Shown: positions 63,026-64,000 of the stretch, piece by piece
Position numbering within the stretch: the first letter of the stretch is position 1
Layout of the letters: every line of letters starts with the position of its first letter
From: Candidatus Bathyarchaeum tardum
GTDB taxonomy: Archaea > Thermoproteota > Bathyarchaeia > Bathyarchaeales > Bathyarchaeaceae
Direction of reading: 5' to 3'
NCBI GenBank assembly: GCA_024650005.2
Contig: CP122380.1
Coordinates: 1,504,001 to 1,568,000 of the forward strand
Length of the DNA stretch: 64,000 nt
The notes under the pieces: generated by a model
Told to the model about the DNA's origin: nothing
Databases searched by the model: none
The model's input: only the letters and a program-made list of their open reading frames with translations
Made by a program: the position numbers and the translations under genes

Positions 63026-63469
63026 TTGACCGTGCTTTCTGACGTAGAAATCTTAGATGCCCTGAAAACAGGAGAACTCAAACTGGAACCTTCCGACCTT
63101 TCTAGCTGCTTAAACCCTGCAGGATACGACCTTAGATGCGCCCAAGATGTTGTATTGAAACCTAAACAATACGTTCTTGTGGCAACCCTAGAAAAAGTCG
63201 AACTAGGACTAAATCTTGTTGCTTTTATGCACATACGTTCTTCCCTTGCCAGGGAAGGAATTATAGGAAGTTTTGCGGTTATCGACCCAGGATTTCGGGG
63301 TCAACTAACATTGCACCTAAGTAACGTCAGCGATAAAGAAATCAAATTCCACAGAGGTGAAAGAATCGTCCAGATAGTTTTTCACCACTTAAGTAGCACA
63401 GCAAAAAATGGATATAATGGCTCATATCAAGACAGCCAAGGAATAGTAACAAGCAAACGAAAAAAATAA
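63026..63469 (+). CDS. dcd: dCTP deaminase/dUTPase family
   Basis: PAGYDLR, RSSLAREG, IDPGFRGQLTL, Y.GSYQ. Confidence 0.88.
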   Translation: MTVLSDVEILDALKTGELKLEPSDLSSCLNPAGYDLRCAQDVVLKPKQYVLVATLEKVELGLNLVAFMHIRSSLAREGIIGSFAVIDPGFRGQLTLHLSNVSDKEIKFHRGERIVQIVFHHLSSTAKNGYNGSYQDSQGIVTSKRKK

Positions 63470-63630
63470 CAAAAAAGCTGTATTCAACATTGCAGCATTA
63501 TAAGAATACTAAAAATATGATTAGTGTCCAGCTCTTGGACAATCATGGGATAACCCAACATAATGTCTTATGGCGCAATACATAAGATATTCATTAACCA
63601 TAAATATTGCAAACAAGAAGGAGTAAACAC

Positions 63631-64000
63631 ATGCAACCAAGGAGCAAACGTCAGAAGCTGTTCGTAGCTTTTTTCGCGGTCTTATTATTGTTGCTTTTGC
63701 CCATCCCATGCTTTGCTGAACCATACGAACGCAATTACCAACTTTTAGACAGCCCAGACGGCTCAACTAGTTATCGCTTAACAGTTTCAATAACAGAATC
63801 CCTTTACGAATACTATAAGAGTAAAACCCATTTAATGCCAAATTACGACTTTTCGATGTTTGTTACACCAGATGCACTGCAACCGATAGCAGACGACCTG
63901 TGGACAATATATGACAACCAAGAAGATTTCGCCAATGGAGTGCTCATGTTAGTGCACCAGATTCCATACGTTGAAAGCGACCCCCAAAAATATCCGGTAG
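63631..64000 (+). CDS. secreted transglutaminase-like protein (partial, runs off the window)
   Basis: AAGGAG RBS, signal peptide, FANGVLMLVHQIPY...KYPV; catalytic Cys not visible in the window. Confidence 0.6.
   Translation, partial: MQPRSKRQKLFVAFFAVLLLLLLPIPCFAEPYERNYQLLDSPDGSTSYRLTVSITESLYEYYKSKTHLMPNYDFSMFVTPDALQPIADDLWTIYDNQEDFANGVLMLVHQIPYVESDPQKYPV

Overview
AT-rich archaeal chromosomal window. The gene content (DGGGP synthase, ApgM, arcadin-1, type IV pilin, an Fpo/Nuo-like [NiFe] hydrogenase) is most consistent with Bathyarchaeia, which is an inference. Main blocks, in order: (1) cobN/cbiB; (2) a GH3 acyl-amido synthetase coupled to a 7TM histidine kinase; (3) nrdG-like gene, MBL hydrolase, nikR; (4) a ~13 kb minus-strand operon for a complex-I-like group 4 [NiFe] hydrogenase (A-B-CD-H-I-J-K-L-M-N), followed by an FrhB/FpoF-CBS fusion, a USP and PhoU; (5) surE; (6) a complete NHEJ operon (LigD-Pol, Ku, Lig-PE, DUF72); (7) two decayed integrase regions with TA and protease cargo; (8) a pilin/roadblock cluster; (9) a frameshifted hybrid kinase; (10) housekeeping genes. 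The most striking observation is in the NuoL-like subunit. Its lateral helix carries about three extra 26-aa tandem repeats, although only one M and one N subunit are encoded, which suggests an expanded, multi-pump membrane arm. Two or three unannotated GC-rich structured RNAs and several micro-ORFs are also visible. All calls come from motif recognition only; no searches were run.
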